A stretch of DNA of 64,000 bases from Chrysomallon squamiferum (lineage: Eukaryota; Animalia; Mollusca). The notes under the pieces are model-generated. The model searched no databases, was not told where the DNA came from, and was given only the letters and a program-made list of their open reading frames with translations. Numbering within the stretch: position 1 is the stretch's first letter; every line of letters starts with the position of its first letter. A program made the translations under genes and the position numbers. Positions 48,847 through 63,509 of this stretch are shown here, one piece after another. Location: contig CM022679.1 in NCBI GenBank assembly GCA_012295275.1, positions 31,310,001 to 31,374,000 of the forward strand, in the 5' to 3' direction.

Positions 48847-49976
48847 GACTGTCTGAAATGAACGTGATCACAAAGCTTGGAACCTTTATGAAGCATATCG
48901 GCTTTCGGTGTACAAATGTTACTAATGACGTATCACACTGATCGAATAACAGCAATACATTCCTAAAAGTTATTGACATATGCATTAAAAAGTAATGGCT
49001 CCGTCTGATCCTTGGCATCCACTTACAACAAATTTGCATGCCGTAAAATGTTTACACGATACTGTTCAATACACAGAATTGATTTGCATTTTATGAACCT
49101 ACAGATTATTTAGCAGTAAAATACTTTTATATGCACCATCTCATAAACAGTAAAAAAAAAAAAAAAAAAAAAACCACGAGACTATGAGAGAGAGAGAGAA
49201 AGGACAGTTAAACTACATTTTTCTGAAACTTATGTTATGACAAAATTCACCGAATTACGTTTTAATTAGACGCCACGTGGTGTGCACGTGTTTTACGCGC
49301 GCGCGTGAACACAACGACGCGTTGTGAGTGAGAAGAACGATGAGTTTGTCGTGTATATTTACTTTGGTGGACCGTTTCCGATTTGCTGGGGCACACAGAC
49401 ACGTTTTTCTCCTCAAATACATTCTAATGCCTCCCGCTCGCCTCTTTAAATGTTTCCTATTGTTTTGTCTGTTTGTACTTTCCACCTGTTTCGTGTTGCG
49501 CTCCAGTGTGTGTATAAAATTGTATTCTACTTCAAGCTCGTCGGTGCGATAAACAAAAATTAATTCGAAACCGGTAAAAATGCACAACATAAACGTACGT
49601 TACCGTGAAGAGAAATAGGTTATTTTCAGACAAATAAATGTCGTAAGATGACACTAGCAACATTGTGTTGTTGTTTTTTAGTTGTTTTTTTTTTTCTTTT
49701 TCTTCTTGTTAGTATAAATTAATAATTTAAAAGAAAAGCATAGATTAAACAGGGTGCGTAGTTACCGTTCTTTGCGATGGTATTAGGTCAAATTACCTTC
49801 TAACACGGACAAGTACGAACTAGAAAATAAGAGTTAATAAAACAGTGTGAAGAGAATATTTAGTTTTTACCTCGTTATACAAACAGTAAAACTTATGACA
49901 GGTCTAAGTGCTGACCGAAACGCCTTAATAAGAAATGGAAGTTATTTCAAATTTACTTAAGATTTTAATACTTTTT

Positions 49977-50011
<35 letters not shown>

Positions 50012-50319
50012 TTTTTTTATTTTTATTTTTATATTTTTTTTATGAAATATTACCCGCTTTTTATATTTCTTACAGCCAGTGTTTATAGCAAGGAAATTAT
50101 AATATTTTATTTTTATCATCATTTTATCTTAATTTAATTTAATTTTATTTCTCATTTAATTTTTATTTTTATTTCATTTTTATTTTATTTTATTCTATTA
50201 TTAAAGTATGCCAAAAAGTAATCACGATTATGAAACAAAACCACATTCATACACACATACATACATACATACATATATACATATATACGTTTGTGTATGT
50301 CTGTGCATATGTGAGTATG

Positions 50320-50672
50320 TATGTATGCACAACACGTCTGAGTACGTGTATGTATGTGTATGTATGTGTGCATGTATGTGTGTATGTGTATGTATGTGTG
50401 TATGTGTGTGTATGTGTGTGTATGTATGTGTGTATGTATGTATGTGTGTGTATGCACAACACGTCTAAGTATGTGTATGTATGTGTGTATGTGTGTGTAT
50501 GTGTGTGTGTATGTATGTGTGTATGTGTGTGTGTGTGTATGCACAACACGTCCGAGTACGTGTATGTGTGTGTATGTGTGTATGTGTGTGTGTATGTGTG
50601 TGTATCTGTATGTATGTGTGTATGTGTGTGTGTATGCACAACACGTCTAAGTGTGTGTATGTATGTGTGTGT
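50320..50672 (+). repeat. Compound minisatellite: 4 copies of TATGCACAACACGTCT(G/A)AGT anchor separated by (TG/TATG)n
   Basis: Anchors at ~50325, ~50451, ~50538 and ~50633. Confidence 0.9.
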
Positions 50673-51198
50673 ATACCGCTGACATCGTGTCCTAAACCAC
50701 TGAAAGACACAGAGACGTCAGGGTTAGTTTTGCAACTAATAAAATGGTGTCCGTTTTCTTCTCGACTCTTAGATTTATAACCAGTCCCTGTTATTACGTG
50801 TCACGCTGTTGTTCATCATGAAGCACTGTAACAAAAATAAACGTCTCTAAACTCCTTATATACCATGTGTAAAATTATTTATGTGAGGCTACAACGTTGA
50901 TAAAACGCGTTCCAACGCCACCAAACGACTCACTTCGCTTTTAAAAAGCTTCATAAGAGATCGATATCCTAAGGAGTTTGTCGATAAATCAGAGAGTATT
51001 TTGTAATCTGCAGTCGTAAACGTCAAAGTCAGTTTTGTACAGAACACGGAGTCTGGCTCTGGTTCATCCTTTTCCTTAGTTAAGTTTGACGTTGTATCAC
51101 GTGATATACAGTAAGAGAGAGACAAACAGACAGACACATAGATATAATGGGACAACTTTTTGAGAGAGTAACATTGAGATATGTCTCTGTATAGAGAC

Positions 51199-51417
51199 GG
51201 TTGTAGGAAAAAATGGCACTGGAAAAAAATGGCACCCGGAAGAATTGGCACTGTGCTGATTTGGACAAAAATATATTTATTTTTTCTGTATAGTTGCTTT
51301 AAAAAAATATTTATTTTTCGGGTGCCATTTTTTCCAAATCTGCACTGTGCCATTTCTTCCAGGTGCCATTTTTTCCCGGTGTCATTTTTTTCCGGCGCCA
51401 TGTTTTTTCCGTACCCC
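51199..51417. mobile_element. Foldback/MULE-like MITE (~220 bp) with tandem subrepeats in its inverted arms
   Basis: Left arm has 3x GGAAAAAATGGCAC-like units, right arm 5x GTGCCATTTTTTCC-like units; GG...CC termini; flanked by ATAGAGAC (51191-51198) and GTAGAGAC (51418-51425), a probable target-site duplication. Confidence 0.8.
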
Positions 51418-51677
51418 GTAGAGACAGACAGACGGACACACAGCGAGAAACAGAAACTACTTATTATAACAGAGATAATTGTAATACTAGTATTCATAAT
51501 ATCAATTTTTTTTAATCGTAGTAGACGTAACAGTAGCAGTAGTGCCAGAAATAGTGTTAATAATGCTAATACAAAATAGTTGTAGCTGTGATAGTAGTTG
51601 TATTAGTAGTGACAGAAATAGTGATAATAGTAGTCATGGATGTAGTGATAGTAACAGTGACTGAAGTAGTTATTACT

Positions 51678-51728
<51 letters not shown>

Positions 51729-52598
51729 CTAGTAATAATACATTTTGTTGTTGTAATTAATCACATCAAAGGATTTCTCAGTTCACACGTTAAGAACTAG
51801 TCATCAAACACTCAATTAACCATTCTAAATATGTAACCCTCTTTAAAACACGCTTATCGAAATAAACAAACTATTTACAGTCGGATAAACAAAAAAGCCC
51901 GAACACTGTAAATAATACTGTTTTCCTGACGTTTGCAAATTTTGGGGATTTCCCACGCCAGTGAGAGCCTCGTTTTGGTGAACTCTGCGTCTGATGCTAT
52001 CGAGCGTGTCAAACTGTGTACAATTTACTACATCTGTTTTTCTACTTGCCGCTTCTTTCTCCTCGTCTCGTTTTCCTCACCCTCGGAACTCGGTGAAGGG
52101 CGTAGTCTTCTTGCGCATACGATCCTGTGGGGGGAGCGTTCCGAAGAGTTCAAATAACTACGATAAAGTGTTTTAAATACTAAAATACTACTACTACTAC
52201 TAATAATAATAATACTAACGAAGCTGAATATAAAAGACATGAGTACAACATCAACAATGACCAGAAAGGTAATAACACTAAAATCAATAACAGCAATACA
52301 TAATGACAGCAACAAGAACAAGAACAACAACAATTATATTAACAAAAATAGCAAGACCAGTGGAGACCGGGGTACAGTTTATTTCTAACAATCATGGAAC
52401 AACGACTGAACCGGAAATAGCTAGCGCTCTAACCAGTGATACACTAATCTATTCTGATAATGCAATGTTATGAAATAATCAGTTTAAAAAAATAAATAAA
52501 ATAAAGTAAAATAAAGTAAAATTTAATAAAATAAGGCAAAATAATAACTGATGATATGATGATAAAGTAACATTACTGGATTTCAGTTTAAAAAGAAA

Positions 52599-52629
<31 letters not shown>

Positions 52630-52798
52630 TGAGACTCTATCCCCCGCAAATATGCTTAGATTTGTCCCTTGCATTCTACAGAGAGGCTACGCATGTCAAA
52701 TGAATATTAAATTCTTGGAATATTTAAGCGCGATTCCTGTCAGGTTTTCGCTAAGATAAAGTCTTGATATCGAAAATAAATATTTTTATATATGTGTC

Positions 52799-52838
<40 letters not shown>

Positions 52839-53060
52839 AAAAAAGATTAAAAAAAAAAAAAAAAAAAAAAAATGTAATGGAAGGAGAAAAAAGAAAGAAA
52901 ACACAGACTGTTCTGTTCTTCTCATCTGTAGCTTAATTCTATGTAAACATTTAAATTTGTTTATAAACAAAAAATGCTGATTTGTCTGTCTGTCAGTCTG
53001 TCTGGCTGTCACACACACACACATATACACATCCGTCTTTCTTTGTCTTCGTTTCTTTCC

Positions 53061-53196
<136 letters not shown>

Positions 53197-53345
53197 GTCC
53201 CTCTCTGTGAGTGTTTATATATATATACATACATATATACATACTTATATATATATATGTATGTATGTATGTATGAATATATAAACACATATAGGTATAT
53301 AAATTAGTTTATAAGTACGGGTACATGCATGCATATGTGTATGAG

Positions 53346-53377
<32 letters not shown>

Positions 53378-53808
53378 TTAGGCCATATTATATATATTTT
53401 ATTGACTCACCAAATTCCACACTTATTATTAATCGTCTTAATTATCATGTCATAACACGCACGTGAGGTTTTTTTTCACGTGGGAATTCTTGCACCATTT
53501 TGCAGTCGTTCGTGTTGCAGCAATTCTTAAGAGCCAAGTCCTGTTAGTTAAATTATTTCGAAGAATTAATCCCGTCGACGTGCACTGTAAACACGCTCGC
53601 GTTACTTTATACTTATCCTAATATACAGCTTTGAGTAGCTAGCTTAAGATAGAAACCCGATTTTAGTATTTTTTAATATTCAATTCCGACTCAGCGTGAT
53701 AGCACTTTTCGTGGTCTTTGCATGTTAATTAGACTCTTTGACCCAGGTCACAGCAGTGTGGGTGTGAGTGTGGTGTATGTTAAATATATCACACTTAACG
53801 ATTAAGCT

Positions 53809-53854
<46 letters not shown>

Positions 53855-54041
53855 TATATGTCATATCTTAGGTCTACAGGTGGTGTTGAAATTAGTTCTT
53901 AACTGTTAGTTGGTTTATATGTGCTCATTATAGGTTTTTTCTTTGTGTAGATTATATGAATGTATGTAGTTTAAGTATAAGAAGTATATATATTGTGTGT
54001 TTGTATGTATGTGAGAGAGAGACAGAGAGAGACAGACAGAA

Positions 54042-54136
<95 letters not shown>

Positions 54137-55984
54137 AAGAAATAAGTTAAGAAAAGAGTCAGACTGGTTCGATATTATGCTGCATTTTTATATTGTATGT
54201 GTAGGTCTACATATATATTGAGCCCCATTCACATTTTGATTTATCGTCACAAAATTAGCATCATTTCGCCTTCATTTGTTAACATAGTCTGTCTCTGTGG
54301 ACACGTCAACTTGTACACGGTCTGCCATCTTCGTCAGCCGCTTCCCTAATTGTATTCTGGACACAAACCGTCAGACCATTCCTTGCCTGTCTCGTCCAAT
54401 CAAGGCAAACTTTAATCTCGTCTGCGGAATGCACGCTGGGTGTTCAGTCGCCTTTAATCGCCACTTATCGGCAATTTTCGGTAATTTAACTGTTCGTTTC
54501 AATTCGTTGTTTCCACGTCATTGCTCGGATGCTCTCGTAATTCTACGACAAAGGAAGGCGATAAATGATCGGTAAGAGGTGTGTGCACGTCACTTCTAAT
54601 ATCCGTGCAGCACGTTTTGAAGTGACCTCTTGAATAACGAAAAGGTCAATGCCGTAATGGAATGACAAAAATGGATTTGATCGTAAAAATTAGTGTCTTA
54701 ATCATTTATGTCTGCAACTGGAGCATTAAAAAATTTAATTACAATTTAAATGAAAATATCGACTGCACTGCAGTGACGATAACTGAAAACGACGATCACG
54801 ACAACAACAATAAAAATAATTAACAATCCTGCAGCCGTTATTCTTCATTCTATTTATCTTCTTGCTACTTCTGTTGCTAATACTAGCAACACAATAATGA
54901 TAATATAGTTATGATGTTGATGATAATAAAGATAATGTTAACCATTACAGAAATAGTAATAATAATAATATGTAGTATCTATTTCAGTGATCTGAATTTA
55001 GTAACATCACTCTAGTAAATGGATTACTGCTATTCTTAGTTTTATTATCCAAGCCATGAAACACTACATATTCGATTTCCATCTCGTTTAAATTTACATA
55101 TTTCCTGTTCCAGATATGCCTGCATTTCATTTGTGTCCAAAAAAAAAAAATTCTGAAACTACTTTATTAGTTCTTTTCTACGACTTCTTCTTGTTCTTCT
55201 TGTACTCTTGTCCTCAAGCGACGTGAACGTAAAACAAAACCGAACTTTTCGACTTTTCGTTGATCTTGATTGCGTGAAGAAATTTTAAAATCCCACAAAA
55301 TGTTCCACAAATTATATTCCACAGTATTTACGTGAACTGGAACAGTCGGCGTTATCTGCGAGCTGGAAACTTTCTCATCCATAAAACGAACGTGTAAAAC
55401 ATTCATTTTCTGGTTCTACGTCCCCTACCGTAAATCGCGATAAGACTCGTGTTTGAGAAATGTGTTCAGTTACGTTTACAGTCAGCGATAAGAACATTTT
55501 GCGTTTCAGTTATTAAGTCATTTTCCTGCTTTAGCGAGGAGGTTGTAAATCACGAGGTCGTAGTATCAATCCTTCTCGGAGGTACAGTTTGAATCATTTT
55601 GCGCATATCCAGCCAGAGCTCCAAGACTGGTACATAAAGGTCGTTGTGTGTAATGTCCTGTGTTCTGAGAGAGACACGCCCATTGTCGTTGTCAGACAGT
55701 GTGACTGTCGCAGACATGCATCACAACATCTTGCTCTGATTAGTACGTCATTTATTATTATTTTTGTTTTTACATTTTTTTCTTTTTTTTTCAATCAGTC
55801 AGTCAGAAGTCCTGCTTGCAAGTAATCGTTATAGCAATATTTTCGGGACACAGAATATCTTTTATAATCGTATCTTCATAGTAACCAATATCATTATAGC
55901 CTCAGTGAGGTATTATATTCCTTTCTTACATAAACGGTTTATCCAGACTGAATATTTCTTTGAGATGGAGGAGTTCAACATTAA

Positions 55985-56094
55985 CATTATTATTATCATC
56001 ATCATCTTCATCATCATCATTATTATTATTATTATTATCATCATCATCATCTTCATCATCATCATCATCATTATTATTATTATTATCATCATCT

Positions 56095-56153
<59 letters not shown>

Positions 56154-56176
56154 CAGATCCTGGCGATTTACTATAT

Positions 56177-56258
<82 letters not shown>
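55985..56258 (+). repeat. Compound (ATC/ATT)n + (AG)n microsatellite
   Basis: Visible tract. Confidence 0.95.
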
Positions 56259-56275
<17 letters not shown>

Positions 56276-56694
56276 GACGCGGTAGGTGGTAAACCAGGTC
56301 TTGCACGCGCATCCTCGCGGGGGTCTTAAATTCGACCCAATCAGCGTTATCGGAATGACAGCAAAGTTCATTTGGGGTCACGTGGAACCAAACGTACTGG
56401 TCACGTAGGGTAAGACGTGTGAGTGGCTTATCTACATCCCAGACGTCAAGGCGAAGAAAAGTGTCCTAATTATCATGCAAGGTTGGAGAAAAGGGTTCTT
56501 TTAACGTCAGTTCGTCTGCTTTAAATCAAGTCCGTCTTATCACAACTTCTCTCGAATTTTTGCGATAAATCTCGCATTGTTGAACATGTGTTTTCACTGA
56601 TACTAAAAGAAGACTGAAAAAGAAGTATTTTTGTTTTTTTTTAAAGAGTAAACAAGAATGTATCTAGTTGAGTGACAAGAAGCCACTGTGAATA

Positions 56695-56737
<43 letters not shown>

Positions 56738-57105
56738 TATTATTATTATTATTATTATTACTGTTATTATTTTATAAGGGGAGTTTCTTCATTAAAATCA
56801 CAGGGAAAATCAGATTTTTATAATCTATGTATAAAAAGATTATTTTTTTTAAAAATCAATAAAACAAAAGATCGTCAGTTTAGATATGCGGCACTTGCTT
56901 CATTTGCTGAAATATAGTTACGGTCATTTTATATATATATATTTGTTCACACACACGCGCGCGCGCACACTCACTCAGAAACAAAGACACATACATATAT
57001 ATTAACAATCTTTAATGCTTTATTTTCCATTTACCTTTCTTTCTTTCTTTCTTTCTTTATTTTCATTTATGTTATTTTTTATTTCATTTTATTTAATGAA
57101 AACAG

Positions 57106-57186
<81 letters not shown>

Positions 57187-57419
57187 ACATACACACACAC
57201 AGCTGACACAAACACAAACACACACACATACACACACACACAAACACTGTGAGATAAATATACAACATCTTCACAGGGGATCTTTAGATATCACATTCGA
57301 TACGTTAAACTTATAATCTCTTAAGTACATTTTCTAAAGATACTTAACTTGTCTAATTTTAGGTAGATATTTTCATATCTACATCTTTGGTTTCAGTTAC
57401 AGTTATTATGATCAGCAGT

Positions 57420-57956
<537 letters not shown>

Positions 57957-58127
57957 CTTGTATTGTAACTGCTGTTGTTGTTGTCGTTTTTCTAAAAAAA
58001 AAAAGTGGTTACGCATCTGTTTCACATTAAAATCGTGTTGTTGTTTTTTTCATCAACAAGCACTGCTCAAGGTACCACTGGTCGACATGCAAAAGAACGC
58101 AATAAGAAAATTCCATCAGAAAACTCG

Positions 58128-58167
<40 letters not shown>

Positions 58168-58653
58168 AATGTCTGTCTCACTTCTTGTAGATAGTGGGGA
58201 ATTCCCACGCTGTAGTAACAGGTTGTTTGTGAAAATTGGCCCAAACGTTGTAGAATTATGTCAACAATTTTCACATGTGTTTTTTTTTTTTTTTTTTTCC
58301 CTCACTCTCACTATCAGATTTATAGAAGTGTCGAGATGTCAGAGCTAACGGCGCACGTTTCTGTTCTAATCTTGCTTGTCACCGAACTGAAAACACAAGT
58401 CAGTCCAGTTTATGTCCAGCGTGCAGTTTTCATGATTAACGACTGACATTTTGACCACGGACAGTTTTTTTGTTAGCGGTTGACATTTTGACCACTGAGG
58501 AACAAACGAAAAAAAAAAAAAAAAAATTAAAAGAAAAAGAAAGAAAGAAAATTATATTCCACTATCCATGAGCCTTTTTTTTTTAGCCGTTGACTTATTT
58601 TTATTTATTTATTTGTTTGTTTGTTGTTTTTGTTATTGTTGTTGTTGTTGTTG

Positions 58654-58700
<47 letters not shown>

Positions 58701-58824
58701 TTTTATTTTTTTGTTTTTCTTGTTTTGTTTTTTTTCACATGCTTTTTGGTTTATTTTTTTGCTATTTTTGGGGGTTTTTTTTGTTGTTGTTTTTTACGCT
58801 TTTTGGTGGTTTTTAAATGTTTGA

Positions 58825-58863
<39 letters not shown>

Positions 58864-59702
58864 TCAGTTTTTTTTTAAAACATTAGCGCCTGGAGGCTTA
58901 CTAAAAACTGATATCAGATTCGCATGTTGACTGCGCGGCCAGTCACTTAACGCAGTATGGAGATGTTCTTTCTCGCTTTCTGTTGCTGAAGTCAGTGTGA
59001 ACTCAAACGTGAACTTGGCCCGTCTAATTTTAATGAAGTACTTTGTGGTTTCCGTTTTCATTATTATTATTATTATTGTTGTTGTTACTGTTGCTAAGTT
59101 ATGATATATCTAGACCTGTAATGCTCATATGCATTTATTGTTAGCTTCCAATAAACATTATTAACAACTACATTAAATATCTAGTTCTCTGGTTCTTTTG
59201 TTACAGTAATAACGTGTTTTTCAGATCAATCTCTGTTTCTTGTGGGAAAATGATCGATGTAAAAAGAGAACTGATTACTAATCAAAATATCGTTTTTGTA
59301 AATTTTTAATGAAAATTCACTTATCGTGTATTAGGTTTTAATTATTAGTAGTATACTAAATCAGTTTCTCATAATAATCAATCCTCTGTATCCCAGATCT
59401 CATAAATGGGTTTGAATTTCGAGTGATTGCGTCTTTGTCTTTTTAATTAACTTTAATAACTGCAACTGTTCTGATTTCGTTATAAATAAGATTTTTACAC
59501 AGTGTTATTTAGTTTTCTAAATGTATATTAAGGTTTTTTATATTATCAGTTTTCATAAATACGGAAACAAGTTGAACAAAATGATACCATTATTATCACT
59601 GAAAAAATGTCTTTTTAAATGTCAACCATAATTCTTTTTATTAATCGCAAGTGGATTCAAGGAGATCGCAGCCCAGACACGAGGGAACCACAACGACAAC
59701 AC

Positions 59703-59793
59703 CGAGTGTTTACAAAGACACCCGAACTATTTGCGAAGACATCCGAATTGTTTACTAAAAGACCCGAAGTGTTTGCGGAGATACCCGAACACC
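59703..59793 (+). repeat. Short 21-bp tandem repeat (CCGAANTGTTT(A/G)CNAAGACAC), ~4 copies
   Basis: Directly visible; translates as a 7-aa repeat (PELFAKT/SELFTKR/PEVFAEI) in ORF 59619-59801. Confidence 0.75.
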
Positions 59794-60104
59794 TGACGTA
59801 AAAGAAGAGACTGGTAATAAACCGTGATTTGTAAACTAATTCCCGCTCGCGTCTGCCGATTTTAATGTTTCGCCGTCTTCGTTAGTTTGCAGAAATCGCC
59901 CACGTGTCTTCATTTGCTTGCTTTATTGGAGGAGAGAGACTGTAAACCGAGGGAGAACGATAAATAATTCGAGATAAAAGGCTCCAGATTTTAACACGTC
60001 CGTGACTAGTGAGGTAACTCACGTATTAACTTCGATGCTTCGTGTTTCTATTTCGTTAAAATGTCCTCTTCGCTTTGAACCAAAGAAATACCTGTTTTTC
60101 GATA

Positions 60105-60199
<95 letters not shown>

Positions 60200-61160
60200 A
60201 TGAGGGCATATAAACGTTAAGGGAAAAAGACATGCATATAAAATTCATCTTTCACTTGCGTTTTAAAAATAACTTTTTCTTTTATTCTAAACTATATCAT
60301 TACTATTAATATCATGTACACTGCTCTGTTACGTACAGGAATCACAGTTCTGTCGCCAATATTAAGCAAGCAGATTAAATAAAGGACTTGGATATGGCGA
60401 GATTTAAAGCTATGGAAAGCCGAAAAGGCCATGTTTGTCAATTGAAGAATAACATCAACTATATATTAGACTAAATTATACAAATGTTGGCGCCATGAAA
60501 ATGACGTATTTTTAATAACAAAATTACGGTTATTCTTGAAACATATTTTGACATCCAACAATAGCTGTCATTCCATCCCTTAGGATGTTGGTCAGAGAAG
60601 AAAAAAAGGGGGAAATAAAAAAAACTATTGTAAATTTTAATTGTGGAACAGTTATCGACCTACATTTCATGTACATTTGTCATAATTTGTTCTGCCTTTT
60701 TACAAAGCTAAAATGTCGTTGACAGCGAAGACAATGTAAGGATTTAAAAAAAAAAAAAAAAACAACCAAAAAACCAATAACGATGTTTTCACAAAATATG
60801 GGGGAATAAATGGTTCGTTCTTAAGCAAAGAAATATGAAGACATTAGTTCAGCAATAAAGAAAACACACAAAGAAAAGTAGCCATACGTGACACGCGAGA
60901 GTCTGCAATACGCATGACGATAATATTATCTGTACGAACAATCTGAGTTATGAATCTACATCAACCGACTTCTGTTGTTATCCGACAGGTGATTCGACCC
61001 GCTAGTTTTCTTATCTGCACCGCAAATCTTTACGCGTTAACCATTCTTTTCAAAGTGTTGTGTGAGATTTGCTTAAACAAATTTGATGAAAATAGCAACC
61101 GTCACACGAGATCGCTATCTTAATTTAGTTAATCGTTGTTTGTCAAGGAAAAGTTTTTAA

Positions 61161-61192
<32 letters not shown>

Positions 61193-61242
61193 CTCCTATA
61201 ACGGTGCAAAGATTCAGCTTCAGAAGAAAAGTTGAACATATC

Positions 61243-61321
<79 letters not shown>

Positions 61322-63211
61322 ACGATTTCAGACAGACACATACTAATAATCAGATAACAATGAGACAGACAGGTAGATAGGTATGTAGTTAGATATTAGC
61401 ATCTAGACAGACATACACACACATATTTAGATAGATAGTTATTTTGGATAGGTTATATTTCTTTGCAGATAATTACATAAATATATTTTTCAACATCTGA
61501 CCATCCATACATACATACATACACATACATATACACATTTCCATACATACATACGGTGTTAATTAATGTTTCTGTTGTTAAACAAATGAGCCTATTTAAC
61601 CATCATATAAACAAACCATCGAGTTTAGATAACGAATACATAAAATTCGGATCTCTGATATACAGAAACAGATGTTAAACCTAGATTGAAGACCCCCGGG
61701 AAATTGACGTCCATTAAAGCGACGTCACGTGAGACCTCGGTCCTGAGAAAACCGTCAAGTACAGTAAACATCTTGCGATACATGTGTCAGCATGTTTGGT
61801 ATTAACGACACTGTCGTTCGTTATCCAAATATTTCCAGTGCTCGCTGTTTCGTTCACTTTGTTAAACACTCGAGTAATGTCACTGGACAACAGTGACACT
61901 TTGAAAATGTCCATGTTTCTCGAGGGAGCAACAGTTCACAATAATCGCGTTTTTTTTTAAAAAAAAATGATTCGTCTGTTACAATCAGTTTATTTATTGT
62001 TAAATGACATCTGTTTTATTTTTCTATGAAAATTAGTCTATGGATTTAAAACGCATGTGAAACAGACACACACAAAAAAAGAACCTTTAATTTTTTTAAA
62101 TCGATTATTGATGTTGATGATATTTGTTGTTATTTTCAAACTTAAAAATAAACATTTAACATAAACTAATTTGAGAAGCATTTGGAAATTTCATTAAACT
62201 TGATTTTAAAAGAAGACTGAAAGAAAGTATTTTGACAGTTTGTACATATAGATAAAATTGAAATGAAATTCGATTAAAATATAAATGGTAAATGTAAAAT
62301 CTAACTGCGCATTCAAAAAAAAAGAAGCAAAAAGCAAATACTATAAATCAGTACAAGGGAGATAACTACAGCCGGATTAATCGAAATTGTTGATGATGCT
62401 GTGTATTCTTTTTCTCATTAGCCTGAATTTAATTATGTCGATCACAAAGGTCCATTTTTAATTCTTGTAGCACCCAGTTGATCTTGATACTATTTCTGGT
62501 ACCATTTCAATTAGGTAGAATTATAATACATATACTTGTTTTTTGTTTTTTTTTAATTTTAAATTCATTTATATGTTTGTGTGTGTGTGTGTGTGTGTTG
62601 TTTCAAATGAATGAACAGACACATTAATATTTTCATATATCTTTTATTCAGATTTCAAATGATAATTAAAGGTATCAAAGCTTATACTTCCATTCACTAT
62701 CAGGACAATAATAATATTTTAAAATAAAGCAAATGAAAAAATCTAAATATCACACTTCCATTAAGGAAAAGATGCATTCAACAAGCAACAATAGCTTTTG
62801 AATGTGTTTGTGTGGGTAGGGTGCATGTGCATGTGTGTGTGTATGTTTGAATTCTGTTTTTTATTAAATAAATAAAGAAAGAAAGAAAGAACTAAATAAA
62901 TATATAAAGAAAGAAAGAAATAAAAAATAAAAAATAAAGATATATATAAATAAATAAATAATAAATATATGTTTTTTTGTTTATGGGAAGAAGCTGATAA
63001 ATAATATGTCACTGCTAATAATAATTTCCTCTCTCTTATTCTCAATATTTATACAAAAAGTAAAATGTCTGAAACATAATAAATAATAATAAAACACACT
63101 GAATATTGTATAAAAATAAATTCATTTAAAATATAAAAACGCAATCATTCACATGCTATCATTCTCTCACAACCAGAAATCAGTGAAAAAAATAAAATAA
63201 AAATAATAATG

Positions 63212-63509
63212 CAAGTTGAGGATCCAATAATTGAAATTCCAAAATCTTGAAATTTATTCCAAGTAGCAGAAATAGTGATATCTTATCTTACGATTTTCTG
63301 ACTGTTGTGCTAGCACACAAACTTCATTTCATGCACAAAAATATTTTTAAAATCCTGCAGACTATTTGCACAAACTTGACGTGAAATGTAAATGGAATTC
63401 TTACTTGCACTTAGATCACATTCTCAGGCTATATTACAAGAATCTGAAATATTCTGAAATGTGAAATTTGTTCAGTCCTATGCATTTTGAATAAAGGATT
63501 CTCAACCTG
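63212..63509. mobile_element. Old pogo/Tigger-like non-autonomous DNA transposon (~300 bp)
   Basis: Left end CAAGTTGAGGATCC and right end GGATTCTCAACCTG|TA are inverted. CAGGTTGAG-type termini, TA target and (TC)GAAAT subrepeats resemble Tigger4/Zombi-type TIRs as recalled; not database-verified. Confidence 0.6.

Noticed and set aside
50320-50672. Conserved anchor with variable spacers resembling a CRISPR array
   Set aside because: Spacers are (TG/TATG)n microsatellite, not unique sequence.
50889-51579. 202-aa and 132-aa overlapping ORFs
   Set aside because: They run through the foldback MITE subrepeats and microsatellite; no protein signature.
55167-55406. ORF containing ILWDFKI, reminiscent of a non-LTR retrotransposon C-terminal motif
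   Set aside because: Single short motif with no adjacent PD..D endonuclease, zinc-knuckle or RT motifs.
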